Below, in pieces: positions 31,512 to 40,002 of a stretch of DNA of 64,000 nt. The stretch's first letter is position 1. Each line of letters starts with the position of its first letter. Below the pieces are notes generated by a model. It saw only the letters and a program-made list of their open reading frames with translations, ran no database searches and was not told where the DNA came from. The position numbers were made by a program, and so were the translations under genes. The stretch is taken from positions 156-64,155 of the forward strand of contig DASXAG010000110.1 of the NCBI GenBank assembly GCA_036406835.1, read 5' to 3'. Source of the stretch: Thermoanaerobaculia bacterium (GTDB taxonomy: Bacteria > Acidobacteriota > Thermoanaerobaculia > UBA5066 > Gp7-AA6).

Positions 31512-33593
31512 CTACTGCGCGTGGACCTTGTCGACCGAGAATTCGGCGTCCGGGCCGTGGCACGCGGCGCAGGCCTCTCCGAACGGCGCCGTCATCGTGA
31601 ACGCGTGCGCCGCCGCCGCCTGGGTGTCGTGACAGCCCAGGCACGCCGCCGCCGTCGGCTGCTGCGGCGAGTACCAGTCTCTCGGCGTGGCGGTCGCGAG
31701 TCGCCCGGCCGGCATCACGTCCGGGATCTCCTGCGAGCCGTTCACGTGGCACATCGCGCAGTCGCGCCGGTCACCCGGGAAGCGCAGCCCGTTGAAGTCG
31801 AGGTAGGGCTGCGTCAGCTCGTCCCCGGTGTGAAGGCGGTGGATCAACCGCTTGAAGTCGAGCGACTCCGGCGGTTCCTGATCGTCGAACATGGTCGGGT
31901 TGTGGCAGAAGACGCACTCCTGAGGGTTCAGCCGGTTCGAGCCGTGGAAGTTGAGCTGGTCGTGGCAGGTGTTGCAGTTGGCGACGTCCACGACGATGCG
32001 GCGCGGCACCGGCGCCGGGTCCGTGACGGCGGCGAAGAAGACCGGGTTGAAGGCCGCGTCCCTCGCGGTCGTCGTGTCGCGCGGCGCGGGGTTCAGGTTC
32101 ACCGTGAGCCGGGCCTCGATCGAGAAGCCCCAGGTGCCTGTCGCGTCGGCCGGGATCGGCTCCATGAACGTATAGCTGTAGTTGCCTCCGCTCGGGGTCG
32201 CGCCGTCGGCGCGCTCGCGGAGCTGCGGCGGAATGGCGTAGTCGGTCGTCGGGCCGGACATGATGACGTTCAGGCCGCTGCTCGTGGTGCCGTCGGAGTT
32301 CACGGTCGTGAAGGCGGACGGCGGAATCGGCGTCCCGTCGTTCTGCTTGATGTTGAAGACGACCGTCGGGTTCTGCCCCGGACCGCTATGGGTCACCGAG
32401 ACGATCTCGGCGTTCACGCCCTTCAGCTGCGTCGACTTGGTGGGCACCGTGTGCGCGCCGATGATCGAGACGTCCCACTCCTGGTCGCCCTGCGGACGGT
32501 GGCACCCCGCGCACGAGCCGTCGGGCTCCGGACCCGGTCCGTGGTTCTCGCCCGTCGTCAGGTTCACGTCGTCGTGGCAGGACGTGCACGCCGCGGCGCT
32601 CGGATTCGTGTACCAGCTGACGGCGCCGGGCGCGGACTCCGGGTTGTGGCAGGTCGTGCAGTTGCGGATGTCCTGCGGGAAGACGACGTCCGAGAAGTCG
32701 ACCGTCGCGTTCTGGAACCCGACGATGTAATAGGGATTGCCGGCCTGAACGCTCGGCAGGTCCTCGCCGCGGTGGATCTTGTGGATCATCACCTTGAAGT
32801 CGATCGTGTTGCCGCTGTCGGGATCGATGTTCGGCGTGCCCGCCACCGTGGTGTTCGAATGGCAGAGGACGCAGAGATGAACGTCCTTGCGCGCCCCGCC
32901 GTGCGCCGAGAGGTCGGTGTGGCAGCCGTTGCACGCGGCGTTGCTGGCGAGGTCCCACTTCTCGGTCACCGCGCCGCCGTCGGGGCGGAAGTCGTACTCG
33001 GCGTTCGCGAAGTAGTTCTTGGTGAAGTTGCCGCCGGGAACGTTGAGCATGTCGCGCGTGCCGTAGATTCCGACCGTGGTCGTCTTCGTCGCGTCGTAGT
33101 CCGCGGGCAGCGCGGTGCCGAAGGTATAGATCGCGCGCCCGAGGTCGACGTCCTGGTAGCTTCCGCCCGAATCGGTTCCGGCCTGCGTCGCCTGGACTCC
33201 GTTCGTGCCCGTCTGCTTGCGCGTCGTGTACGCACTGTAGTCGTGCGTGGCGCCGTCGTACTTCGAGAGGATGAAGCTCGTCGAGATCGCTCCCGGCGTC
33301 GCTTTTCCGGCGCGGTCGAGCGGCTGCCCCAGGTCGTCGGTGAGGGAAATGTCCACGACGGCCTTTCGGTCGGCGTTGATCGTGACGCTGTTGACGGTGA
33401 CGTGAAATCCGGGGCGCGTGTACCCGAGCTCGTCCGCCGTCATCCAAAATTCCTGCTGCGACTTCGTGTAGATCGTCTTCGGGTCGATGGGGCCGCGGCC
33501 CACGGTGCGTGTCACGCGAGGATTCGTCGTGGGAAGCGCGACGAGCGCTCCCGCCATCAACATCGTCACCAGACCGGTTCGATGAGTCGTCAT
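31512..33593 (-). CDS. OmcA/MtrC-family decaheme cytochrome c
   Basis: Ten CxxCH motifs in two clusters of five separated by a beta domain; DFKVMIHKIH and DFKRLIHRLH. Confidence 0.88.
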   Translation of the reverse strand: MTTHRTGLVTMLMAGALVALPTTNPRVTRTVGRGPIDPKTIYTKSQQEFWMTADELGYTRPGFHVTVNSVTINADRKAVVDISLTDDLGQPLDRAGKATPGAISTSFILSKYDGATHDYSAYTTRKQTGTNGVQATQAGTDSGGSYQDVDLGRAIYTFGTALPADYDATKTTTVGIYGTRDMLNVPGGNFTKNYFANAEYDFRPDGGAVTEKWDLASNAACNGCHTDLSAHGGARKDVHLCVLCHSNTTVAGTPNIDPDSGNTIDFKVMIHKIHRGEDLPSVQAGNPYYIVGFQNATVDFSDVVFPQDIRNCTTCHNPESAPGAVSWYTNPSAAACTSCHDDVNLTTGENHGPGPEPDGSCAGCHRPQGDQEWDVSIIGAHTVPTKSTQLKGVNAEIVSVTHSGPGQNPTVVFNIKQNDGTPIPPSAFTTVNSDGTTSSGLNVIMSGPTTDYAIPPQLRERADGATPSGGNYSYTFMEPIPADATGTWGFSIEARLTVNLNPAPRDTTTARDAAFNPVFFAAVTDPAPVPRRIVVDVANCNTCHDQLNFHGSNRLNPQECVFCHNPTMFDDQEPPESLDFKRLIHRLHTGDELTQPYLDFNGLRFPGDRRDCAMCHVNGSQEIPDVMPAGRLATATPRDWYSPQQPTAAACLGCHDTQAAAAHAFTMTAPFGEACAACHGPDAEFSVDKVHAQ

Positions 33594-33660
33594 CGCGCAT
33601 CTCCCTCGACGCGGACGCCTTGATACTTCGGCCGACTGCTGCCGCAAATCGTATGGCTTC

Positions 33661-34152
33661 CTAGGGGCGGTAAGTCAATATGCCCTTTGGTCCCACGGGG
33701 TTTTGAGCGCTTTGAGCGGTTTGGGGCGGGCCTCCCTCGACGACCGTGACGCTCCTCCCGAGGACCTCGTCGCAGAACCGCTCGAGATCCGCGTTCGAGA
33801 ACTCGTCCCAGCCCCGGCAGGGGCCGCAGCCGGTCCGAGCGTCGCAGGCGATCGGAATCCGCAGGCGCAGCTGCTCGGTTTGCTGCCAGAGATCCGCGAC
33901 GAGCTCCATCTGGGCGCGGTTCAAATGCGTGGATCGGCCCATCGCCTTCGACCAGACCTTGAGAAACGTTCCGTCGGGCCACCGGCGGAATCCCCGGCAG
34001 AAGACGCCGAGCCTTGCGGCGATTTCACACATCGAGTGCTCGCCGTCCGACAGCCGGAGCAGGCCCTCGCGCAGGCACGCGATCGCCTGCTCACGCGTCA
34101 GGACCGCGGGCGCGGGGGCCGGCGAGGCGGTACCGTCACTCGACGAGGACAC
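33661..34152 (-). CDS. Cys-rich hypothetical protein (paralog B)
   Basis: HxxC-x9-C and CD-x7-CxGW; aligns by eye with 34136-34525. Confidence 0.7.
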   Translation of the reverse strand: MSSSSDGTASPAPAPAVLTREQAIACLREGLLRLSDGEHSMCEIAARLGVFCRGFRRWPDGTFLKVWSKAMGRSTHLNRAQMELVADLWQQTEQLRLRIPIACDARTGCGPCRGWDEFSNADLERFCDEVLGRSVTVVEGGPPQTAQSAQNPVGPKGILTYRP

Positions 34153-34525
34153 GGCGGCCCGTCAGCTCCAGGATGGCGCCCTCGAGCGCCAGGTTGTCGA
34201 ACTGGTTCCAGCCATCGCACCCGCAGTGCTCGCGGGTCTCCAGGTCGCAGCACAGCGTGAGCCCCGCGACCTGCTGCCTCCCCAGGTGGTAAAGGCTGAT
34301 GAGGCTCTCGAGCTCCTCACGGGAGATGCCCGGCCGGGTCCTCGCGATCCAGGAGAACCGGCGGCGCAGCTCGGCGTCCGAGAGCTCACGCAGGCCGCCG
34401 CAGAAGACGTTGGCCTTCGCGGCCACGGCGCAGGCGCAGTGCGTCTCGTCGGTGAGCGCGGAGAGGCGCTCGCGCAGTATGCCGATGGCCTTCGGTCGGG
34501 AGAGACATTCGAACGCGGGCTCCAT
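34136..34525 (-). CDS. Cys-rich hypothetical protein (paralog A)
   Basis: GAGGAGG Shine-Dalgarno; HxxC-x9-C and CD-x8-CxGW. Confidence 0.75.
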   Translation of the reverse strand: MEPAFECLSRPKAIGILRERLSALTDETHCACAVAAKANVFCGGLRELSDAELRRRFSWIARTRPGISREELESLISLYHLGRQQVAGLTLCCDLETREHCGCDGWNQFDNLALEGAILELTGRRVLVE

Positions 34526-34571
34526 GACGTCCTCCTCTCTTTCTCTTCTTCGCGTGGTTTCTTCGTTCTCC

Positions 34572-34964
34572 TCAGCCTGCCGAGCGTGCGTCCGCCGCGG
34601 CGTCCGCCGTCGCGCCGAGCCAGGCCACCGCGAGCGTCGAGGCCGCGAGCGCGAAGGCGATTGAGAGGCGCGCCAGATCCGCGCGCGAAGCGTCGGACAG
34701 GAGGATGAATGCCGTGAAATAGAAGTCCAGCACGGCAACGTCCACGAGGTCCCGCACCCGACCCTGAACGCAGACGCGGAGGAAGAGCAGGGCCAGGACC
34801 CCCAACGCGAAGGGCAGCCACGACGCGCCGGTCGTGGGCCAGCCCGCGCCCGGGTTGTCCCGCGTCGGGAGGACGAGCAGGGCGCAGAGGAAGAGCACGA
34901 CGCGCGCGCCGGTGCCGAGGGGGCGATCGAGGAAGCGCTGACCGCGGACGAGGATGGCGTTCAT
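34572..34964 (-). CDS. Membrane protein, possibly an internally deleted relic
   Basis: Hydrophobic 130-aa ORF with GAGG Shine-Dalgarno; FLDRPL...LLVLPT and WLPFALG...LVDVAVL. Confidence 0.5.
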   Translation of the reverse strand: MNAILVRGQRFLDRPLGTGARVVLFLCALLVLPTRDNPGAGWPTTGASWLPFALGVLALLFLRVCVQGRVRDLVDVAVLDFYFTAFILLSDASRADLARLSIAFALAASTLAVAWLGATADAAADARSAG

Positions 34965-34974
34965 CGGAACCTCC

Positions 34975-35214
34975 TCACTCCGCCGTGTCGGAGTCCACGG
35001 CGGACGGTCGGACCGAACGGAGCAGGTCCGCCGCGGGATAACGGTAGTGGCCGCCGGGAGTGCGGACGGCCTGGATCAGCCCGGTGCGGGCCCACCGAGT
35101 GACGGTCGAGAGCGAGACCCCGTAGAGGCGGGCGACCTCGCCCCGAGACAGGAACTCCTTGCGAAACGGGACATCGATCGGTTCGGCGAATTGCTCGACT
35201 TGTTCTGTTTCCAT
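34975..35214 (-). CDS. BldC/excisionase-like MerR-type helix-turn-helix DNA-binding protein
   Basis: LSRGEVARLYGVSLSTVTRWARTGLIQAVRTPGGHYRY. Confidence 0.85.
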   Translation of the reverse strand: METEQVEQFAEPIDVPFRKEFLSRGEVARLYGVSLSTVTRWARTGLIQAVRTPGGHYRYPAADLLRSVRPSAVDSDTAE

Positions 35215-35248
35215 GGCCCGATTCTGTGTTCGCGCGCTCTGCGCGTCC

Positions 35249-35264
35249 TGATGCAAACGCATCA
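35249..35264. promoter_or_regulatory. Palindromic operator TGATGC-N4-GCATCA, copy 1
   Basis: TGATGCaaacGCATCA in the divergent intergenic region. Confidence 0.75.
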
Positions 35265-35310
35265 TTCGCGCCCGGCGCTTCTCTCCTATGGTTCCTCATG
35301 GAGGTCAGCC

Positions 35311-35691
35311 ATGAGAAACCGACTCATCCCCCGGACCGAATGGGACCGCTTCTTCGAGGCGTTCAGCCGCCGCCACCACGGGCGGAGGGCGACCGTCCGG
35401 GTGTTCGGACCGAAGATCGGCTCGCAGGTCGAGGCTCACGAGCTGCCGCTCGAGGGCATCGTTCCCGAGGCCAGGGGTCCGGCCGTCATCGACATCTTCC
35501 TGGGCGCCGCGCCGCCCAGGTCCAACATCGAGCACCGCGTCGCCGAACCCGAGCAGGTCTGGGTCGAGCTGACCGACGCGGGCTCCGAGGAGGCGCTCGA
35601 GATCCGGTCGCAGGACGGCACGCAGACCGTGGTTCAGTTCGAGGTCCCGCGGCGGATGGCCGTGCCGATCACCGAAGCCGAGTGGCCATGA
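35311..35691 (+). CDS. DUF5335-like protein
   Basis: GGAGG Shine-Dalgarno; IPRTEWDRFFEAFSRRH...QVEAHELPLEGI...LEIRSQDG. Confidence 0.75.
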   Translation: MRNRLIPRTEWDRFFEAFSRRHHGRRATVRVFGPKIGSQVEAHELPLEGIVPEARGPAVIDIFLGAAPPRSNIEHRVAEPEQVWVELTDAGSEEALEIRSQDGTQTVVQFEVPRRMAVPITEAEWP

Positions 35692-36149
35692 GAGTCCTCG
35701 TTGCGACGGACGGCTCGAGGGCCGGCGGGGCGGCCTTGAAATTCGCGTCGCATCTGGTCCGGAGCCGGGGTACCGGCGAGCTCATCGTGGTCACGGTCTG
35801 CCCGGTCTCGCCTCGCTCGATTCGCGCGGGCGGGAAGGACCCCCGCCAGGCGGTGCATGCGCGCCGGGTCCTCGCCGCGGCCGCTCGCGACCTGCGCCGT
35901 CCGGAGTCGCCCCCGGCGCGCTTCGAAATGATCCACTCCCGAAACGCGGACGAGGTGCCGGAAGCGATCTCCCGCCACGCGGACCGCGTGAAGGCGGACC
36001 TGGTCGTGGTCGGCAGCGAGGGGCGCGAGTCGCTGACCGAGTGGGTGGTCGGCGGGACGGCCCTGCGCCTGATCTACGTCGCCAGGCGGCCCGTCACGGT
36101 CGTCCGGGCGCCGCGCCGCCGGCGGACTCGGGGAGCCACTGTGCTCTAA
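35688..36149 (+). CDS. Universal stress protein
   Basis: VLVATDGS...ADLVVVGSEGR...VVGGTA...PVTVVR. Confidence 0.88.
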   Translation: MRVLVATDGSRAGGAALKFASHLVRSRGTGELIVVTVCPVSPRSIRAGGKDPRQAVHARRVLAAAARDLRRPESPPARFEMIHSRNADEVPEAISRHADRVKADLVVVGSEGRESLTEWVVGGTALRLIYVARRPVTVVRAPRRRRTRGATVL

Positions 36150-36165
36150 TCTCCCCGAGGAACTC

Positions 36166-36825
36166 GTGGCGACTTCGGACGAGGCCCTGGACCGCATCGC
36201 CCGCAGCGGAGACGCCGTCTTCGCGATCGACTCCTCCGACCGGATCATCCTCTGGAACAGGAAGTGCGAGGAGATGCTCGGCCGGCCCGCCCGCGCCGTG
36301 CTCGGCAAGCGCTGCTACGACGTCATCGGCGGACGCGACGAGAACGGCAACGTCTACTGCTACCGCAACTGCCCCGTCGCCCACCAGGCGCGGGATTTGC
36401 CCCAGGATCCCGTCCACCGATTTCAGCTCTCGATGGAGGCCGGAGACGGGAAGCGCAAGATGGTCGACGTCTCGCTGTTCGCCATTCCCTCCTTCCACCC
36501 GGCGCTCTCGACGGTGGTCCACGTCCTCCGCGACGGAAAGAAGAAGAAGCCTTCGGGGCTCGAGCGCGGCCTCGCGGAGAAGGCCGACGCGCGCCCGCCC
36601 CTCTGGCCGATGACCCGGAAGTCCGCGCCCGTGACGGAGCTGACGGAACGCGAGAAGGAGATCCTCCGCTGCCTGGCGGAGGGCCTGCCGACGGCGGCGA
36701 TCGGTAAGAAGCTCTTCATCGCGCCGGTGACGGTTCGCAACCACGTCCAGAGCATCCTCCAGAAGCTCGACGTCCACACGAAGCTCGCGGCCGTCGTCTT
36801 CGCCTACCAGAACGGCCTGATCTGA
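36166..36825 (+). CDS. PAS plus LuxR HTH one-component regulator
   Basis: N-terminal PAS domain and C-terminal LTEREKEILRCLAEG...TVRNHVQSILQKL. Confidence 0.9.
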   Translation: MATSDEALDRIARSGDAVFAIDSSDRIILWNRKCEEMLGRPARAVLGKRCYDVIGGRDENGNVYCYRNCPVAHQARDLPQDPVHRFQLSMEAGDGKRKMVDVSLFAIPSFHPALSTVVHVLRDGKKKKPSGLERGLAEKADARPPLWPMTRKSAPVTELTEREKEILRCLAEGLPTAAIGKKLFIAPVTVRNHVQSILQKLDVHTKLAAVVFAYQNGLI

Positions 36826-36869
36826 CGCCGGCGCCGGCGTCCCGCCCGGCCGGATGTCCCGCCTCGAAT

Positions 36870-36885
36870 TGATGCAATCGCATCA
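36870..36885. promoter_or_regulatory. Palindromic operator, copy 2
   Basis: TGATGCaatcGCATCA upstream of the radical SAM gene. Confidence 0.75.
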
Positions 36886-36957
36886 GATCGCCGGAATCGC
36901 CTTCCGGGGATGATTCGGATCATGCGGCGCGAGGCCTCCGAACCATAAGGTGACGCC

Positions 36958-38232
36958 ATGCTGACACCCGTCGAACTCGAGATCGAGCTCTTCTGCCGGG
37001 GAATGCGGATCGAGAACTCGTGCGACCCGTCCGGGGACGGACGCCGGATCTCGCGCACGCGCGCGGGGCTCGGCTCCGGACTCGAGCTCCTGCTGCCCGG
37101 CCGGCCGCGGCCGATCTGGGTGAACGTGCCGGTCGTCGAACGCTTCGCGACGGCCTCGCCGCTGGTCCTGATGCGCGGCGACTCGTCGTCGGGTTACTGG
37201 ATCCACGACACGCGGTCGAACGACGTCTACGACGTCGCGCTGCCTCCCGAGCCGCGCTGGTACTCGCGGTCGACCTCCTCCGGAGTGCCGATGCCGCGGA
37301 TCGGCGTCCTCCAGGGAAACTACCTCGGCATCTACGTCTCGAACGCGTGCCTCTTCTGGGCCTCCTCGCCCTCGCGCGCCTGCAAGTTCTGCACGACGGG
37401 CAAGAACGTCGGCGTCGCGGAGGAGAAGCGCAAGAAGGTGGAGGACGTCGTCGAGGTGGCGCAGGCGGCGCGGGCGGAGGGCTCCGTCTTCACGCATCTC
37501 AACACCGGCTACCACTACGAGGACGTCCCGCGTCTCGAGAAGATCCACGGGTTGCGGCAGTGCGAGCCCTACGTGCGGGCCCTGCGCGAGCAGGTGGGCG
37601 GGTTCATCGGCGTGCAGGCGTTCCCGGTCCCGCGCGCGCAGTTCCACGAGTACGACGCCCTGATCGAGGCCGGCGCGGACCACTTCTCGTTCTGCTACGA
37701 GTTCGAGGATCCCGAGTACTTCGCGCGGATGTGCCCCGGCAAGGCGCAGACGCTCGGGCAGGAGGGGTTCTTCGAGGCGATGGAGTACGCGGCGCGCAAG
37801 CTCGGCCGCGGCCGCGTGTCGGGGGAGATCATCGCGGGCATCGAGCCGATCGAGGCGACCAAGCGCGGGATCGACCGCATCGTCGCCGCGGGCGCGTTTC
37901 CGACCGTCTGCATCTTCCGGCCGACCGTCGGCAGCGAGCTCGAGAACGCCCTGCCCGCGTCCCCCGCCGCCATGCGCGAGGTCTTCGCGCACGTGTGGGA
38001 GGCGTGCCGCAAGGCGCGCCTGCCGGTCGGCGTGCTGCCGATCGACGTCTCGCTCGTCGTCCAACCCGAGGAGTGCGCCGGTCTCGCGGGGCCGAGCCTG
38101 GCCTCGTGGCTCTACGCGCGGGGACTCGGCGCGCTGCGGCTGCTCGCGAAGCCCTACGTCGCCTGGAAACGGATGCCGCAGCCTCCCCTCGAGGCGCTGC
38201 GGCCGTCTCCCGCCGCGATGCCTTTCTTTTGA
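36958..38232 (+). CDS. Radical SAM protein with Cx10Cx2C motif (resembles MSMEG_0568-type family)
   Basis: RTRAGLGSG, NACLFWASSPSRACKFC, RMCPGK, GEIIAGIE and FPTVCIFRP. Confidence 0.8.
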   Translation: MLTPVELEIELFCRGMRIENSCDPSGDGRRISRTRAGLGSGLELLLPGRPRPIWVNVPVVERFATASPLVLMRGDSSSGYWIHDTRSNDVYDVALPPEPRWYSRSTSSGVPMPRIGVLQGNYLGIYVSNACLFWASSPSRACKFCTTGKNVGVAEEKRKKVEDVVEVAQAARAEGSVFTHLNTGYHYEDVPRLEKIHGLRQCEPYVRALREQVGGFIGVQAFPVPRAQFHEYDALIEAGADHFSFCYEFEDPEYFARMCPGKAQTLGQEGFFEAMEYAARKLGRGRVSGEIIAGIEPIEATKRGIDRIVAAGAFPTVCIFRPTVGSELENALPASPAAMREVFAHVWEACRKARLPVGVLPIDVSLVVQPEECAGLAGPSLASWLYARGLGALRLLAKPYVAWKRMPQPPLEALRPSPAAMPFF

Positions 38233-38260
38233 GGCGGGCGGGCGGCACTAAGATCCGGCC

Positions 38261-39790
38261 GTGATCCCCAAGCCGCCCTTCGCCCGCGACCTCACGCCCG
38301 AACGCGAGATCGCGGAGTTCGAGCGGCTCAAGCCGCGTCTGCTGGAGCTGTGGAACGCGCTCTCGGCGAGGGAGGAGGAGCCCTACACCTCCGTCGTGAT
38401 TCCGTCGCTGACGCTGGACCGCGCCGAGCTCGCGAAGCTCGAGGCGGCGTCCTTCTACGAGGAGCGGCTGCTCTTTCTCCTGATCCGGCTGCGGAATCCC
38501 CAGGCGCGGATGGTCTACGTGACCTCCGAGCCCATCCATCCGCTGATCCTCGAGTACTACTTCCAGCTGCTCGCGGGCATCCCCGCGAGCCACGCCCGCT
38601 CGCGGCTGACGCTCCTGTGCGCGTACGACTCCTCGCCGCGGTCGCTCACGGAGAAGATCCTCGAGCGTCCCCGCCTGATCCAGCGGATCCGCTACGGCAT
38701 CGCCGATCCCTCGCGGGCGTTCATGACGGTGTTCAATTCGACGCCGCTCGAGCGAAAGCTCGCGGTCCTCCTCGGCATCCCGCTCAACGGCGTCGACCCC
38801 GCGCTCACGCGGCTCGGGACGAAGTCCGGCGGCCGGAAGCTGTTCCGCGAGGCCGGCGTGCCGCTGCCGGCCGGCTCCGAGGACCTGCGCTCGCAGGACG
38901 ACGTCCTCGCGGCGCTGGTCGAGCTGAAGGACCGTCATCCCCGGACGAAGCGGGCGGTGCTCAAGTTCGACGACAGCTTTTCCGGCGAGGGGAACGCGAT
39001 CTTCACGTATCCCAAGGTGTCCTGGAGAGGCGCGATCCGCGACGGGCTGAACCGGCTCGCGTTCTCGGTTCCGAACGAGACCACGGAGGGCTACTACCGC
39101 AAGTTCGCCGAGATGGGAGGGATCGTCGAGGAGTACCTGGAGTTTCCGCGCTCGGCGTCGCCCAGCGTGCAGCTGCGCATCGACCCGCAGGGAGAGGTCG
39201 TCCTCCTGTCCACGCATGACCAGATCCTCGGCGGCCCGTCGAACCAGGTCTACCTGGGCTGCCGCTTTCCCGCCGCGGAGCCGTACCGCCGCCAGATCCA
39301 GTCCGCCGCACGCGCGGTCGGCGCCTCTCTCGCGGCGCGGGGCGTGGTCAGCCGCTTCGGCGTCGACTTCTTCGTCGGGCGCCGCCGCGGCGAGGACTCC
39401 GAGTGGGAGGTGTACGCGCTCGAGATCAACCTGCGGATCGGCGGCACGACGCATCCGTTCCTCGCGCTGCAGTTCCTGACGGGAGGAAAGCTGGATGGGG
39501 AGTCGGGGGCGTTTCGCTCGCCGCGGGACATCGAGAAGTTCTACCGCTCGACGGACAACCTCAAGTCCGAGGCGTACCGCGGTCTCTGTCCCGAGGACCT
39601 GATCGACATCACGACGATCAACCGGCTTCACTACAGCCACGGGACCGAGACGGGCGTGCTCTTCCACATGATCGGCGCGCTGTCGCAGTATGGCAAGGTG
39701 GGCCTGACGGCGATCGGCAACAGCCCGGAGCAGGCGGACGAGATTTTCGAGAACGCGCTCGCCGTGCTCGACCGCGAGGCGAGCCGGTGA
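38261..39790 (+). CDS. Peptide ligase PGM1-related ATP-grasp protein
   Basis: VVIPSLT, YEERLLFLLIRLRNP, GTKSGGR, SGEGNA, SPSVQ, STHDQILGG and EINLRIGGTTHPF. Confidence 0.85.
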   Translation: MIPKPPFARDLTPEREIAEFERLKPRLLELWNALSAREEEPYTSVVIPSLTLDRAELAKLEAASFYEERLLFLLIRLRNPQARMVYVTSEPIHPLILEYYFQLLAGIPASHARSRLTLLCAYDSSPRSLTEKILERPRLIQRIRYGIADPSRAFMTVFNSTPLERKLAVLLGIPLNGVDPALTRLGTKSGGRKLFREAGVPLPAGSEDLRSQDDVLAALVELKDRHPRTKRAVLKFDDSFSGEGNAIFTYPKVSWRGAIRDGLNRLAFSVPNETTEGYYRKFAEMGGIVEEYLEFPRSASPSVQLRIDPQGEVVLLSTHDQILGGPSNQVYLGCRFPAAEPYRRQIQSAARAVGASLAARGVVSRFGVDFFVGRRRGEDSEWEVYALEINLRIGGTTHPFLALQFLTGGKLDGESGAFRSPRDIEKFYRSTDNLKSEAYRGLCPEDLIDITTINRLHYSHGTETGVLFHMIGALSQYGKVGLTAIGNSPEQADEIFENALAVLDREASR

Positions 39791-39805
39791 GCGCCGCCGA
39801 AGAAA

Positions 39806-39821
39806 TGATGCGTCTGCATCA
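39806..39821. promoter_or_regulatory. Palindromic operator, copy 3
   Basis: TGATGCgtctGCATCA just after the ATP-grasp stop codon. Confidence 0.7.
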
Positions 39822-39949
39822 TGGCGGCCAGGCGCGCCGGAGGCATCATCGCTGCGTGGTGATCGTGAACCGACCCGGAGCCGCGAAGGTGAAACCAGCA
39901 ACGACCTGACGGCGTCCGGGCGGGATTGAGCGCCGCTCTCGCGGCGCCT

Positions 39950-39985
39950 GAAGCGGCCGGCTGAGACCGGCCGCTTCTCTTTGTT
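39950..39985 (+). terminator. Rho-independent terminator
   Basis: GAAGCGGCCGG-ctgaga-CCGGCCGCTTC followed by TCTTTGTT. Confidence 0.7.
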
Positions 39986-40002
39986 CTCGGCGACCCGGGC
40001 CG

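Noticed and set aside
33702-33718. TTTGAGCG direct repeat near the mtrC-like promoter
   Set aside because: Only two copies with 9-bp period, inside the paralog B coding tail, and no other copies seen.
39787-39909. 40-aa ORF (MSAAEEMMRLHHGG...) as precursor peptide for the radical SAM/ATP-grasp pair
   Set aside because: Its sequence is largely explained by the operator palindrome and a GCATCA half-site, with no leader/core pattern. It is not excluded, but unsupported.
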